Assembly (NCBI GenBank): GCA_013288825.1
Contig: JABDBC010000004.1
Coordinates: 5,649-69,648, forward strand
Origin: Chlamydiota bacterium
GTDB taxonomy: Bacteria > Chlamydiota > Chlamydiia > Chlamydiales > Parachlamydiaceae
Length of the DNA: 64,000 nucleotides
Direction of reading: 5' to 3'
Both the position numbers and the translations under genes were made by a program. Shown piece by piece: positions 1 to 9,503 of this stretch. The number at the start of each line of letters is the position of its first letter. Within the stretch, counting starts at the first letter, position 1. A model generated the notes under the pieces. That model saw nothing but the letters and a program-made list of their open reading frames with translations. It was not told the DNA's origin and did not search any database.

Positions 1-720
1 GTTGTGAAAGGGTTCTAGAAAAAAGCCAATCAAAGTATCTTCCAGGAGGGAAAAGAAAGAAGCAACTGTTTTATCTTCTACGCCGACATCTCGAGCGATA
101 TTTGAATAATTGATTATTTTCCCATTTGATTGTGCAGCGACTTCTAAAAATTTCCGAAAAGGATCGAGGTTTCGAATAAAGTGTTCATCCCAGATTTCCT
201 CTTTTAGATAAGTATTCGCATAAGCGTGGAGAAAATGATCGCGTTCATTATCTTCATCAAAAGCAAAAAGCTCAGGTAATGAACCCCATTGGAGAGTGAA
301 ATTTAAATTAAATTGGTTACCTATCTCAAAAGATGTAAGAGGAAATAAATTGTAGACAAAGGCTCGGCCAGCCAATAGATTTGCCCCACCTCTTTTCAAT
401 TTTCGCGCAGAAGATCCAGTCATGACAAAAAGCTGTTCTGTTTCACCCATTAATCGATGAACGACATCGAGAAGTTTTGGAATTTTTTGGACTTTATCGA
501 TAACAACATGGGTTATGGATTTAGGAGCAGCTTTAACCATTTCGTATAGCGTATTAGGTTTTCTGGAAAAGCGATCTTCCTCATCAGGATCAAGGAGATC
601 ACACCAAAGTGTTTTCTCCTTTGCGAAAACATTTTTCAAAAAAGTGCTTTTACCCGTATTTCGTGCCCCAAACAGAAAAAAGCTTCTTTTTTTTGTCACA
701 TTTAGCAATCGTGGAAACAT
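1..720 (-). CDS. AAA+ ATPase, AAA_14/DUF4143 type (N-terminal 240 aa; C-terminus lies beyond window start)
   Basis: Not in the ORF track because it runs off the window. My translation of the complement from ATG at 720-718 reads MFPRLLNVTKKRSFFLFGARNTGKSTFLKNVF..HVVIDKVQKIPKLLDVV..GSSARKLKRGGANLLAGRAFVYNLFPLTSFE..NIARDVGVEDKTVASFFSLLEDTLIGFFLEPFHN and stays open to position 1. Walker A is GARNTGKST. Same architecture as the 34626..36074 product. Confidence 0.8.
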   Translation of the reverse strand, partial: MFPRLLNVTKKRSFFLFGARNTGKSTFLKNVFAKEKTLWCDLLDPDEEDRFSRKPNTLYEMVKAAPKSITHVVIDKVQKIPKLLDVVHRLMGETEQLFVMTGSSARKLKRGGANLLAGRAFVYNLFPLTSFEIGNQFNLNFTLQWGSLPELFAFDEDNERDHFLHAYANTYLKEEIWDEHFIRNLDPFRKFLEVAAQSNGKIINYSNIARDVGVEDKTVASFFSLLEDTLIGFFLEPFHN

Positions 721-783
721 ATATTCTATCCTTTAAAATTTCATTCTACTACGAAAATGCGTTTTTATGCATCAAAAAACCAG

Positions 784-834
784 TTTTTTCGTAGTCGACT
801 ACGAAAAAATCAGATAATTTCGTAGTACGCTACG
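784..834. promoter_or_regulatory. operator-like palindromes upstream of the ATPase gene (perfect 26-mer TTTTTTCGTAGTCGACTACGAAAAAA at 784-809; CGTAGTACGCTACG at 821-834)
   Basis: Read directly. Both share the CGTAG..CTACG core and lie 64-114 bp upstream of the start codon at 720. Confidence 0.4.
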
Positions 835-857
835 GATTTTCCAGTCTTATTACTCTT

Positions 858-1027
858 AAAACATGTGCATTTTTTGCGTGATTTTCAACATGTTTTGAAA
901 ACATGTTGAATGAATGAACATGTTCCAAAAACATGTGCATTTTTTGCGAAATTTTCAACACATTTCAGGGACATGTTGAATCAGTGAACATGTCTTTAAA
1001 ACGTGTTGAATTTTGCGAGATTCACAA
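858..1027. repeat. 69-71 bp tandem repeat x ~2.4 with internal TTCAACATGT / ACATGTTGAA inverted repeats
   Basis: Units start at 858, 927 and 998 (AAAACATGTGCATTTTTTGCG.GATTTTCAACA...). Read directly. Confidence 0.85.
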
Positions 1028-1038
1028 TAGAGTGCTAA

Positions 1039-1451
1039 AAATGGAATGGACTTAATGAGGTAATTGCAGAAGTAATATCATTTTTGCTCTTTTTTTTCTC
1101 ATTTTGTAGCCCACTCCAAGGTTTCGCGAGCCTGCGAGCGGAACCGCAGGTGTGGGAAGCGATAAAACTCAAAACTTAACCAGGGACCTGGTTCTTCTTT
1201 TTTTTCTCTTTCTTATCACAAATTGAGAAAAAGAAAAAAATGAAGAACCAGTCCCTGGTTGAGGTGCGGTTCTCGTGATTCCCACACCTGCGGTTCCGCT
1301 CGCAGGCTCGCGAAACCTTGGTGTGGGCTACAAAATGAGAGAAAAAAGAGAAAAAATGATACCGTAGTGGACTGTAATGGACGATAAAACACTGTCCATT
1401 GGAGTCCACTACGGTCCATTACCGTCCATGTCCATTAAGTCCATTCCATTT
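1039..1451. repeat. nested mosaic palindromic element (~410 bp)
   Basis: Inverted-repeat pairs: 1039-1057/1433-1451, 1077-1157/1280-1360, 1180-1200/1242-1258, and a hairpin at 1361-1415. It carries the ATGGAC-periodic module and the GAGGTAATTGCAGAAGT module shared with other loci. Confidence 0.85.
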
Positions 1452-1471
1452 ATAGGGGAAAAACTTCTGTT

Positions 1472-4400
1472 TTACCTCCAGGGGATTCTTTTATTGACCT
1501 TCTCCATGACGAGATAAAGGCTTGGAGTGATGAAGAGAGTAATCAGCTGGGAAAGGCAAAGCCCTCCGATGATCACTAAACCAAGAGGACGACGCGATTC
1601 TGCACTTGCGCCGAAGCCGAGAGCGATTGGCAGAGCCCCAAATATGGCTGCAACCGTTGTCATCATGATCGGCCTAAAGCGTGCTAAGGAGGCATCATAG
1701 ATCGCATCTCGGGGTGTCATCCCCCTTGTGCGTATATTATCAAGGGCAAAGTCGACCATCATAATTCCATTTTTCTTCACAATGCCAATCAAAAGAATAA
1801 TACCGAGGTAAGAGTACATCGAGAGAGGCAAGTCAAAAATCCATAAGGTTAACAACCCTCCCAAAGTAGCTGGTGGAAGGGTTGTGAGGACGGTCACAGG
1901 GTGGACGAAGCTTTCGTACAACATACCTAGAATGATATAAATGGCAAAAATCGCAATGAAGAGGAGAAATCCTGCATTTTTGATCGATTCTTGAAAGGTC
2001 TGTATTGCACCAATCGGTTGCATCTGTATGATCGGGTCTACAAATTCCTTTTGTAGCTCTTGCAGTCGGTTGAGAGCTTGACCAAGGGTGAAGCCTGAAG
2101 CGAGATTGAAATCGATCGTGACGGAAGGAAATTGATCGATGTGATTGATGCTTGAAGCCCCTAATCCCTCTTCCCATTGTGCTACAGCCCCCATGGGGAC
2201 TAATTTATTGGATACAGCCGAGCGCATCCATAAGTAGTTGAAAATATCTGAATCCATCTGATACTTATCCAACAACTCCAAAATAACATTGTATTGGTCC
2301 ACAGCGGTCTCGATTCGCGTGACATAGTTGTACGAATAACTGAACATGAAGGCTCTTTCGATATCTGCAGCCGTAATGCCAAGTGAGGAGGCTTTGTCTC
2401 TCATTATGGACACATTAATCTGCGGCGAATTGATTTCTAGATCACTGTTGACCCCTTGAAAGATGGGGTCTTTTTGCATGGCAGTGATCAACTTTTGAGC
2501 AGAGGGATAAACTTTATCAGAGAAGATGCTTTGCATGGCTAGCTGGTAGTCACCGCGGCTTTCTTGTCCTGTTGCCAAGTCTATCAAAGGTAGATTTCTT
2601 ATAAATGATTGGATGCCTGGAATTTGAGCTAAGTTCTCATTGAGTTCTTTGATGACATCTTTAATAGGGGCTCGTTGATTATGGGGTTTTAAAGCGACGA
2701 GGTTTTGACCTTTGCGATATTCGGAATACGAACTAATGGCAATGACTTTATCAACTGCTGGATGGGCTTTCAACACATCGGCGACTTGTTTCTCATATTT
2801 CCTCATTCGAATCGAAGAACCCGCTTCCATTTCTTGAGTATAGACAATAAAAAAGCCAGCATCTTCATCAGGGACGAAATCGATAGAGATAGTATAAAAA
2901 AGCCAAACGGTTAAGACCAAACAAATTAGACCCACAGCGAGGGCTACGTAGCTTCGATCGATGACTTTTGTAAGCATTCTGCCGTAGGCATCGCGCATTT
3001 TTTTGTTCATGCGCGTTGAAAATTGAAAAAGCTTGCCTTCCCGATTGTTTTGGGGAAGGAATCGGCTGCACAACATGGGAGTGAGGCTGAGGGAGATGAC
3101 TCCTGAAATAATTGTGATGGCCGATAAAGTGATAGCAAATTCGCTTAATATTTTCCCTATTAAGCCCCCCATCAGAAGCATGGGGAGGAAGACTGCGATA
3201 AGGGACAGGGTCATCGAGACAATGGTGAAGCTAATTTGTCGTGAGCCTTCCAGGGATGCTTGTATACGGTCTTCTCCCGACTCCTGTCGTCTTACAATAT
3301 TCTCAAGGACCACAATCGCATCGTCGATGATGAAGCCGACAGCCAACGTCAATGCCAAAAGAGAAAGATTATCCAAAGTGAATTTGTAGGCATCCATTAG
3401 AATGAAAGTTCCGATGACAGACATCGGCATCACAATGGAAGGGATGATGGTATCGGCTATCTTTCCTAAATATAGCGTAATGACTATCACAACAAGGATG
3501 AGGGCAATGATAAGAGTCAGTTTAACATCGTCAATTGAACTGCGGATCGATTGAGAACGATCATAAAAGACATTTAATTCCACCGCTTGCGGCAGTTCTT
3601 TTTTCAGTGTAGCCAGAAGGTCATAAATCGAGTCCGATATTGCTACTGTATTTGCTGCGGGTTCTTTTTGAATTGCTAGTAGAATGGTGGGTTCCGTTTT
3701 GTCTTTGTCGACATATTCCACATGAATTTTGTCATTCTGAAAGCTCTCAACGGTTTTACCCAAGTCTTGAATGCGCACAGGGGTGCCATTGCGATAAGCG
3801 ACAATAAGGGGATCCCATTCAGCAGCAGTGACAAGTTGTCCATCAACAGAAAGGTTAGGAGCCTCTATTAGGCCGTCTAATTGTCCTGTGGGCAGGTTGA
3901 CATTTCCTAGGGCAATTGCAGTGGCTAATTCTGATAAGGAGATATCATGAGAGACCAATTTCCCGGGATCCACTTGTATGCGGATGGCCAATGGGGAACC
4001 AAAAACAGTGACCTGAGAAACACCTGAGAGCATGGAAATGCGCTGGCCGATAAAGTTATTTGCATATGTATATAAGTCGTTGAGGCGCATTGTTTTTGAA
4101 GAGAGCCCTATGTAAATGATCGGGAGTTCAGCAGGGTTTACTTTACGATATGTCGGGGCGTAAGGAAGATTTGGAGGAAGATTTGGCGTTGCGGTAATGA
4201 TGGCTGACTGCACATCTTGAGCTGCCTCAGTCATATTTTTATCGATGTTAAATTGGATGACGATGCTGCTGCTGCCTAAAGTATTGTTTGAGCTAACAAG
4301 AGTCGCTCCAGGAATTGCCATGAGTTGCTTTTCTAGAGGAAGGGCAACAGCATGAGCCATGACATCTGGAGTCATCCCTGGAAACAAAACGCTGACAGTG

Positions 4401-4534
4401 ATAGTGGGATAGGTCACATTAGGCAAATTGCTAATGGGTAAACGAAAATAAGCCAAAATGCCTGCAAACAGGATAGCGACCATTAACAGAGTAGTCATGA
4501 TGGGGCGGTTAATAAACGGTGCAGACAAATTCAT
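1472..4534 (-). CDS. RND (HAE1) efflux permease, AcrB/MdtB/MdtC-like, downstream paralogue
   Basis: 1020-aa ORF. Canonical N-terminus MNLSAPFINRPIMTTLLMVAILFAGILAY, two large periplasmic loops and multi-TM blocks. By eye about two thirds identical to the 4899..8012 product. Confidence 0.95.
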   Translation of the reverse strand: MNLSAPFINRPIMTTLLMVAILFAGILAYFRLPISNLPNVTYPTITVSVLFPGMTPDVMAHAVALPLEKQLMAIPGATLVSSNNTLGSSSIVIQFNIDKNMTEAAQDVQSAIITATPNLPPNLPYAPTYRKVNPAELPIIYIGLSSKTMRLNDLYTYANNFIGQRISMLSGVSQVTVFGSPLAIRIQVDPGKLVSHDISLSELATAIALGNVNLPTGQLDGLIEAPNLSVDGQLVTAAEWDPLIVAYRNGTPVRIQDLGKTVESFQNDKIHVEYVDKDKTEPTILLAIQKEPAANTVAISDSIYDLLATLKKELPQAVELNVFYDRSQSIRSSIDDVKLTLIIALILVVIVITLYLGKIADTIIPSIVMPMSVIGTFILMDAYKFTLDNLSLLALTLAVGFIIDDAIVVLENIVRRQESGEDRIQASLEGSRQISFTIVSMTLSLIAVFLPMLLMGGLIGKILSEFAITLSAITIISGVISLSLTPMLCSRFLPQNNREGKLFQFSTRMNKKMRDAYGRMLTKVIDRSYVALAVGLICLVLTVWLFYTISIDFVPDEDAGFFIVYTQEMEAGSSIRMRKYEKQVADVLKAHPAVDKVIAISSYSEYRKGQNLVALKPHNQRAPIKDVIKELNENLAQIPGIQSFIRNLPLIDLATGQESRGDYQLAMQSIFSDKVYPSAQKLITAMQKDPIFQGVNSDLEINSPQINVSIMRDKASSLGITAADIERAFMFSYSYNYVTRIETAVDQYNVILELLDKYQMDSDIFNYLWMRSAVSNKLVPMGAVAQWEEGLGASSINHIDQFPSVTIDFNLASGFTLGQALNRLQELQKEFVDPIIQMQPIGAIQTFQESIKNAGFLLFIAIFAIYIILGMLYESFVHPVTVLTTLPPATLGGLLTLWIFDLPLSMYSYLGIILLIGIVKKNGIMMVDFALDNIRTRGMTPRDAIYDASLARFRPIMMTTVAAIFGALPIALGFGASAESRRPLGLVIIGGLCLSQLITLFITPSLYLVMEKVNKRIPWR

Positions 4535-4607
4535 ATAATCATCACAAGTTAATCACAAGTTAGTAATACATAAGCACATGCAACAGGATAGTTAAGGAAA
4601 CACACCT

Positions 4608-4914
4608 CGAAGAAAAGTAACAGGATATGGAGGATCGCAAGCGGCAGGATAAGAAGGATAGCAAGCATCCTCTCGATATGAAAAAGAAATTCCAATGAGA
4701 AACGAAAAACGAAGTGTCGGAAAGAAAATAAAGGGCTTCGACTTTCTTCGCCTATTCGGTCCTTTATTTTCTTTCCGACACTTCGTTTTTCGTTTCTCAG
4801 GGGATCTTCCTAGATTGCTTGCAATCTGGGAAAACTAAAAACGTATCTCCCCCTCCCCTATCCTTCATATCCTGCCGCTTGCGATCCTCCATATCCTGTT
4901 ACTTTTTTTCTTCG
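4608..4914. repeat. nested palindromic element between the two RND genes
   Basis: Outer arms 4608-4651 / 4868-4914 and inner arms 4694-4735 / 4761-4800, plus small hairpins at 4665-4679 and 4811-4829. The right arm overlaps the last codons of the upstream RND gene. Confidence 0.85.
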
Positions 4915-7900
4915 TTGTTTCCTGTCTGAGCTTGATGCGGGTGCTTGCGCATCTTGTTACTTAAATTTTCCAATCCCAGATACAAAATTGGCGTTATAAA
5001 TAGGGTGATAAGCTGTGAGATCAATAATCCGCCAATGATGACAAGGCCAAGAGGTCGCCGTGCCTCAGCGTTTGCACCAAATCCTAAAGCAATAGGAATC
5101 ACCCCAAATACTGCAGCCATTGTAGTCATTATAACAGGCCTGAAACGCACTAAACAGGCATCGGTTATAGCTTCTCGGGATGCCATTCCTCTCAAACGAA
5201 TATTTTCGAGAGCTAAATCGACAATCATGATCCCATTTTTTTTCACAATTCCTATCAGCAAAATAATCCCTAAAAAGGAATACATAGAGAGGGGCATCCC
5301 AAACACCAATAAAACAAGAAGACCTCCAAATGTAGCTGGAGGTAACGTTGTAAGGATGGTAATGGGATGGACAAAACTCTCATATAAAATTCCTAAAATG
5401 ATGTAGATAGAAATAACAGTTATGATCAGCAGATAGCCAGAAGATTTTATAGATTCCTTAAATGTTTGTGCTGCACCGATAGATTGCGCAGAAACTCCCG
5501 GTTCTACAACTTCCTGAGTCAGTTGATTTAATCTTGTGAGTGCAGTTTCTAATGGAATCTCTGGTGCAAGATTGAAGGATATCGTTACGGCTGGAAATTG
5601 ATTGATATGGTTGACACTAGTAGCCCCCAAACCCTCATTCCATTGCATTGTCGCTGACAATGGGACCAGCTTTAAATTGAAAGGAGAGCGTATCCAAACA
5701 TTATTTAAGGTTTCTACCTGGCGTTGATATTCTGGATATAGCTCCAGAATGACGTTGTATTGATCTATCGGAGTCTGGATTTGCGATATTAAATTACCAG
5801 AGTAGCTGAGACTGAATACACTTTCAACATCAGCAGCTGTTATTCCATATTGAGCAGCTTGATCGCGTAATATACTGACATTAATTTGTGGAGTGTCGAT
5901 TTCTAAATCGCTATTGACTCCTTGGAATATAGGGTCTTCTCTCATTTTTTTAAGCAGCCTTCTAGCAGATGTATAAATGCTATCGGCATTAATGCCTTGG
6001 AGGGCAAACTGATAGGCCGCTCGGCTTTCTTGTCCTATTGCAAGATCAATTAGAGGAATGTTCTTAATAAAACATTGAACTCCCTCAATGTGGCTTAATT
6101 TTTTGTACAGATTTTGGATGATTGTGTTGATTGGAGGTCTTTCGTCTTGTGGTTTGAGATGGATATAATTCAACCCCTTCCGATATTCGTTGATGGAGCT
6201 TAAAGCTACGAAGGTATCGATGCCAGGTTCATTTTTTATTACTTCGAGAATTTGATTTTCATAATTGAGCATTCGTGCAGAGGACCCTCCCTCCATTTCT
6301 TGGGTATAGATAGCAAAAAAACCCACATCTTCATTTGGGACAAAATCGGTTGGGATATACATGAACATTAAGACAGTGGCAATTAAACTCAGCAAACCAA
6401 TAGCTAATGCTGCAAATTGATGGTCAAGGACCCTTAGAAGCATTTTGTGATAAACATTGCGCATAGATGAGTTCATCTTGTCAGAAAATTTTTCCATTCT
6501 CGATTTGCGATTGCCTTGACTATTCCTAGGGGGTATGAATTGGCTGCAAAGCATAGGTGTGAGCGTCAGGGATATAATTCCTGAAATGATTGTAATAGCT
6601 GCCAGGGTGATGGCGAACTCACTAAAGATTTTTCCGATCAATCCACCCATAAAAAGCATGGGAATAAACACAGCGAGGAGGGACATTGTCATTGAAACAA
6701 TCGTGAAGCCGATTTCACGTGAGCCTTCTAAGGATGCATCCAAAGGCGATTCTCCCATTTCCACACGTCGAATGATGTTCTCCAAGACAACCACAGCATC
6801 GTCGATGATGAAGCCCACTGCCAGTGTCAAGGCCAATACGGATAGGTTATCCAACGTGAAATTAAGCGCATACATCACTATGAAGGTTCCTATGACGGAC
6901 ATTGGAAGGACTAATGAGGGGATAATTGTATCGGCGATTTTTCCTAAGAAGACATAAATCACACCCACGACAAGGATGAGGGCAAGAAAAAGTGTAATAA
7001 TGGCATCGCTAATGGCTGTCCGAACAGGAATGGAGTGATCAAAAAGAACATGAGTCTCAATAGCAGGTGGAAGCTGATATTTCAATTCGTCTAATAATTG
7101 ATATATCCCATCAGCAATGGCTACAGTGTTAGCGCCAGGTTCTTTTTGAATTGCCAACAGGACCGTGGGTTGAGAACCTTTGGAATCGACGTATTGACCG
7201 AGAATTTTGTTGTTTTGGAAATTCTCTATAGCCCTTCCAACATCTTGAACGCGCACGGGGGTGCCATTCCGATAAGCAATGATCATCTGCTCGTAATCCC
7301 GCGCATTAACCAGTTCCCCATTTACTGAAATAATAGGAGCTTCAATGCTGCCATCCAGTTGTCCCGTTGCCAGGAACACATTTTCACTTTGAACTGCTGC
7401 TGCTACTTCATCCAGCGTGACACCGTGTGTGACGAGCTTGGCGGGATCTACTTGTATGCGGACAGCCAAAACGGAGCCGTAAGTGGTCACTTGTGCAACC
7501 CCAGCCAACATGGAAATGCGCTGTCCGATCAATGTATTTGCATATGTGTATAAGTCATATCGTGGCATCGTGGGGGAAGTTAATCCAATATAGATTACAG
7601 GTTGCTGTGCGGGATTAATTTTGCGGTAAACAGGTCCGTAAGGAATATTCGGCGGTAAAAATGGTAAGGCGGTAGAAACGGCTTCCTGAACATCTTGAGC
7701 CGCGGTTTCCATATCTTTGTCGATGTCGAACTGTAATACGATACTTGTGTTTCCCAATGTACTGTTTGAGCTGACAATGCGAAGCCCAGGAATAGCCATG
7801 AACTGCTTTTCCAGTGGAAGAGCCACTGAATTTGCCATTGTTTCTGGCAGAGATCCAGGAAAAGTGGCTTTGACATTAATGGTGGGAAAATTGACATTAG

Positions 7901-8012
7901 GCATGCTGCTGATAGGCAATAAATAATAGCAAATGAGACCTGTAAATAATATAGCAACCATCGCTAAAGTTGTCATCACAGGGCGTTTTATGAAGGGTGC
8001 CGATGGATTCAT
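4899..8012 (-). CDS. RND (HAE1) efflux permease, AcrB/MdtB/MdtC-like, upstream paralogue
   Basis: 1037-aa ORF starting MNPSAPFIKRPVMTTLAMVAILFTGL. Its start overlaps the MFP stop by 4 bp (ATGA at 8009-8012). Confidence 0.95.
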   Translation of the reverse strand: MNPSAPFIKRPVMTTLAMVAILFTGLICYYLLPISSMPNVNFPTINVKATFPGSLPETMANSVALPLEKQFMAIPGLRIVSSNSTLGNTSIVLQFDIDKDMETAAQDVQEAVSTALPFLPPNIPYGPVYRKINPAQQPVIYIGLTSPTMPRYDLYTYANTLIGQRISMLAGVAQVTTYGSVLAVRIQVDPAKLVTHGVTLDEVAAAVQSENVFLATGQLDGSIEAPIISVNGELVNARDYEQMIIAYRNGTPVRVQDVGRAIENFQNNKILGQYVDSKGSQPTVLLAIQKEPGANTVAIADGIYQLLDELKYQLPPAIETHVLFDHSIPVRTAISDAIITLFLALILVVGVIYVFLGKIADTIIPSLVLPMSVIGTFIVMYALNFTLDNLSVLALTLAVGFIIDDAVVVLENIIRRVEMGESPLDASLEGSREIGFTIVSMTMSLLAVFIPMLFMGGLIGKIFSEFAITLAAITIISGIISLTLTPMLCSQFIPPRNSQGNRKSRMEKFSDKMNSSMRNVYHKMLLRVLDHQFAALAIGLLSLIATVLMFMYIPTDFVPNEDVGFFAIYTQEMEGGSSARMLNYENQILEVIKNEPGIDTFVALSSINEYRKGLNYIHLKPQDERPPINTIIQNLYKKLSHIEGVQCFIKNIPLIDLAIGQESRAAYQFALQGINADSIYTSARRLLKKMREDPIFQGVNSDLEIDTPQINVSILRDQAAQYGITAADVESVFSLSYSGNLISQIQTPIDQYNVILELYPEYQRQVETLNNVWIRSPFNLKLVPLSATMQWNEGLGATSVNHINQFPAVTISFNLAPEIPLETALTRLNQLTQEVVEPGVSAQSIGAAQTFKESIKSSGYLLIITVISIYIILGILYESFVHPITILTTLPPATFGGLLVLLVFGMPLSMYSFLGIILLIGIVKKNGIMIVDLALENIRLRGMASREAITDACLVRFRPVIMTTMAAVFGVIPIALGFGANAEARRPLGLVIIGGLLISQLITLFITPILYLGLENLSNKMRKHPHQAQTGNNEEKK

Positions 8013-9124
8013 GGGTTATTGATTGCTACCTCAGTAACTGCTAGTCCTGGAGCAATATTGATTTGTCCATCAACAATGACACTGTCTCCAGCATGAACTT
8101 GGGAAGACTGCACAGCAATGTACTGTTCAGTTCTGGTAAGGATTGTGACATTTTCCGCAGCAGCTTTTCCCTCTTTATCAACTGTATAAATGTATGGACC
8201 ATCTTTCCCAATGAGAACGGCACTCGGAGGCACAATTAGAGCGTCTGGAGCCATTTTATAAAGCACTTTTACCCGAATGAATTCTCCTGGCCAAAGTTCT
8301 CTATTCTTATTTGGCAAGCGTCCTTTTAAAAGGATAGTTCCGGTATTTTGATCGACTTGGTTGTCGATAAAATATGTCATTCCTTCAAATGGAGAATTGG
8401 GTTTCTCAGGTAAAGTAGCAACGAATTTCCATTCACCCGCATCTCCTTGCTCATGCCTGATAAGTTCGAACTGTTGCTGAGGCAGTGAGAATGTGATGTC
8501 AATAGGGGAAAATGGACGGATGACAGTGATCTGATTAGGATCATCAACGACGAGAACATTGCCCACATCGACGTTAAAAAAGCTTATTTTGCCTGATACA
8601 GGTGCGACGACTTGGCAATAGTCTAAGTTGATCTGAGCCGCTGTTATGGCTGCTGTATCGAGTTCTACTTGTGCGCGTGCAGCTGCAGCATTGCTCAAAT
8701 ATTGCTCATAGGTGATTTTGGAAAGAAATTCATCTTCCACAACTTTCTTATACCTTTCAACAGTCTGTTCAGCATATACCAGCAAGGCTTGGTCATGTGC
8801 TAATTGCGCTTTGGCTTCATCTATGATAGCCTGATAAGGTCTTGGGTCAATTTCATATAAAAGATCCCCCTCTTCAACAAGAGCCCCTTGTTTGATGTAA
8901 GCATTTATCAGTTTACCTGCTGCCTGAGGTCTGATGTTGACAGTGACGGGCGAAATCACTTGTCCAATGGCGTCTATATAGATCGGGATATTTTCCTGCT
9001 TTACTTTTGTTGTCGTCACACGTGGTGGTGGAGGCTTTTCGTTGCTCTTTTTTTTGTTGCATCCAGCAAACATTAAAGATAAAAATACTGTGAATATTAG
9101 AAAGTATAGAAGTTTTTTACTCAT
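8009..9124 (-). CDS. RND periplasmic adaptor (membrane-fusion) lipoprotein
   Basis: 371 aa. Lipobox-like LMFAGC. HlyD/MFP-type motifs YEIDPRPYQA and AQINLDYCQVVAPVSGKI. Sits directly upstream of the RND permease. Confidence 0.9.
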   Translation of the reverse strand: MSKKLLYFLIFTVFLSLMFAGCNKKKSNEKPPPPRVTTTKVKQENIPIYIDAIGQVISPVTVNIRPQAAGKLINAYIKQGALVEEGDLLYEIDPRPYQAIIDEAKAQLAHDQALLVYAEQTVERYKKVVEDEFLSKITYEQYLSNAAAARAQVELDTAAITAAQINLDYCQVVAPVSGKISFFNVDVGNVLVVDDPNQITVIRPFSPIDITFSLPQQQFELIRHEQGDAGEWKFVATLPEKPNSPFEGMTYFIDNQVDQNTGTILLKGRLPNKNRELWPGEFIRVKVLYKMAPDALIVPPSAVLIGKDGPYIYTVDKEGKAAAENVTILTRTEQYIAVQSSQVHAGDSVIVDGQINIAPGLAVTEVAINNP

Positions 9125-9164
9125 TATGTTTGCTCACTATTATCCTGAGTTTTTTGTTTAAAAT

Positions 9165-9495
9165 ACTTGATAAGGTAGCGCCCCTGCCGGGGCGAAATAC
9201 GCGTGTGGGGCGTTTACCCAGGCTTCTCTGGCCCCTCCGGGGCAGCGCTCAGCCTGGGCTAAATTGTAACAGCCCTCCGGGCCGTGTGCAATGGCTGTTG
9301 TGGGCACGATTCCGGGCTGCTTACGATTTCTTTCGGGCTATGTGCCATGTCATTTTCCCACAAAAGTTTTTGCACACGGCCCGGAGGGCTGTTACAATTT
9401 AGCCCAGGCTGAGCGTTGCCCCGGAGGGGCAAGCGAAGCCTGGGTAACGCCCCAAACATGCATCTCGCCCCGGCAGGGGCGCTACCTTATCAAGT
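9165..9495. repeat. GC-rich long-arm palindromic element (331 bp)
   Basis: Arms of about 125 nt (9165-9291 / 9369-9495) around an approximately 77-nt centre. It is strikingly GC-rich relative to its flanks. The core 9212-9291 resembles 29622-29701. Confidence 0.9.
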
Positions 9496-9503
9496 GTTTT
9501 AAT

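Noticed and set aside
858-1027. The tandem repeat arrays (also 13959-14139, 22097-22190, 63758-63885) considered as possible CRISPR arrays
   Set aside because: Each has only 2-3 contiguous units with no unique spacers between them. Unit lengths of 31-86 bp vary between loci. No cas genes are in the window.
1176-1419. Track ORFs 1176..1409 and 1216..1419, and the similar ORFs 28879..29364, 29016..29216, 36123..36308 and 36128..36334
   Set aside because: They lie inside the palindromic elements. Their MD.. starts are simply the ATGGAC repeat module, mirror ORFs exist on both strands, and none has an RBS or homology. I treat them as artefacts of inverted repeats.
2705-7957. Numerous 60-150-aa ORFs antisense to or out of frame with the RND genes, and similar ORFs inside the SNF2, RHS, helicase and other long genes
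   Set aside because: They are fully embedded in long ORFs with strong family signatures, so they are shadow frames.
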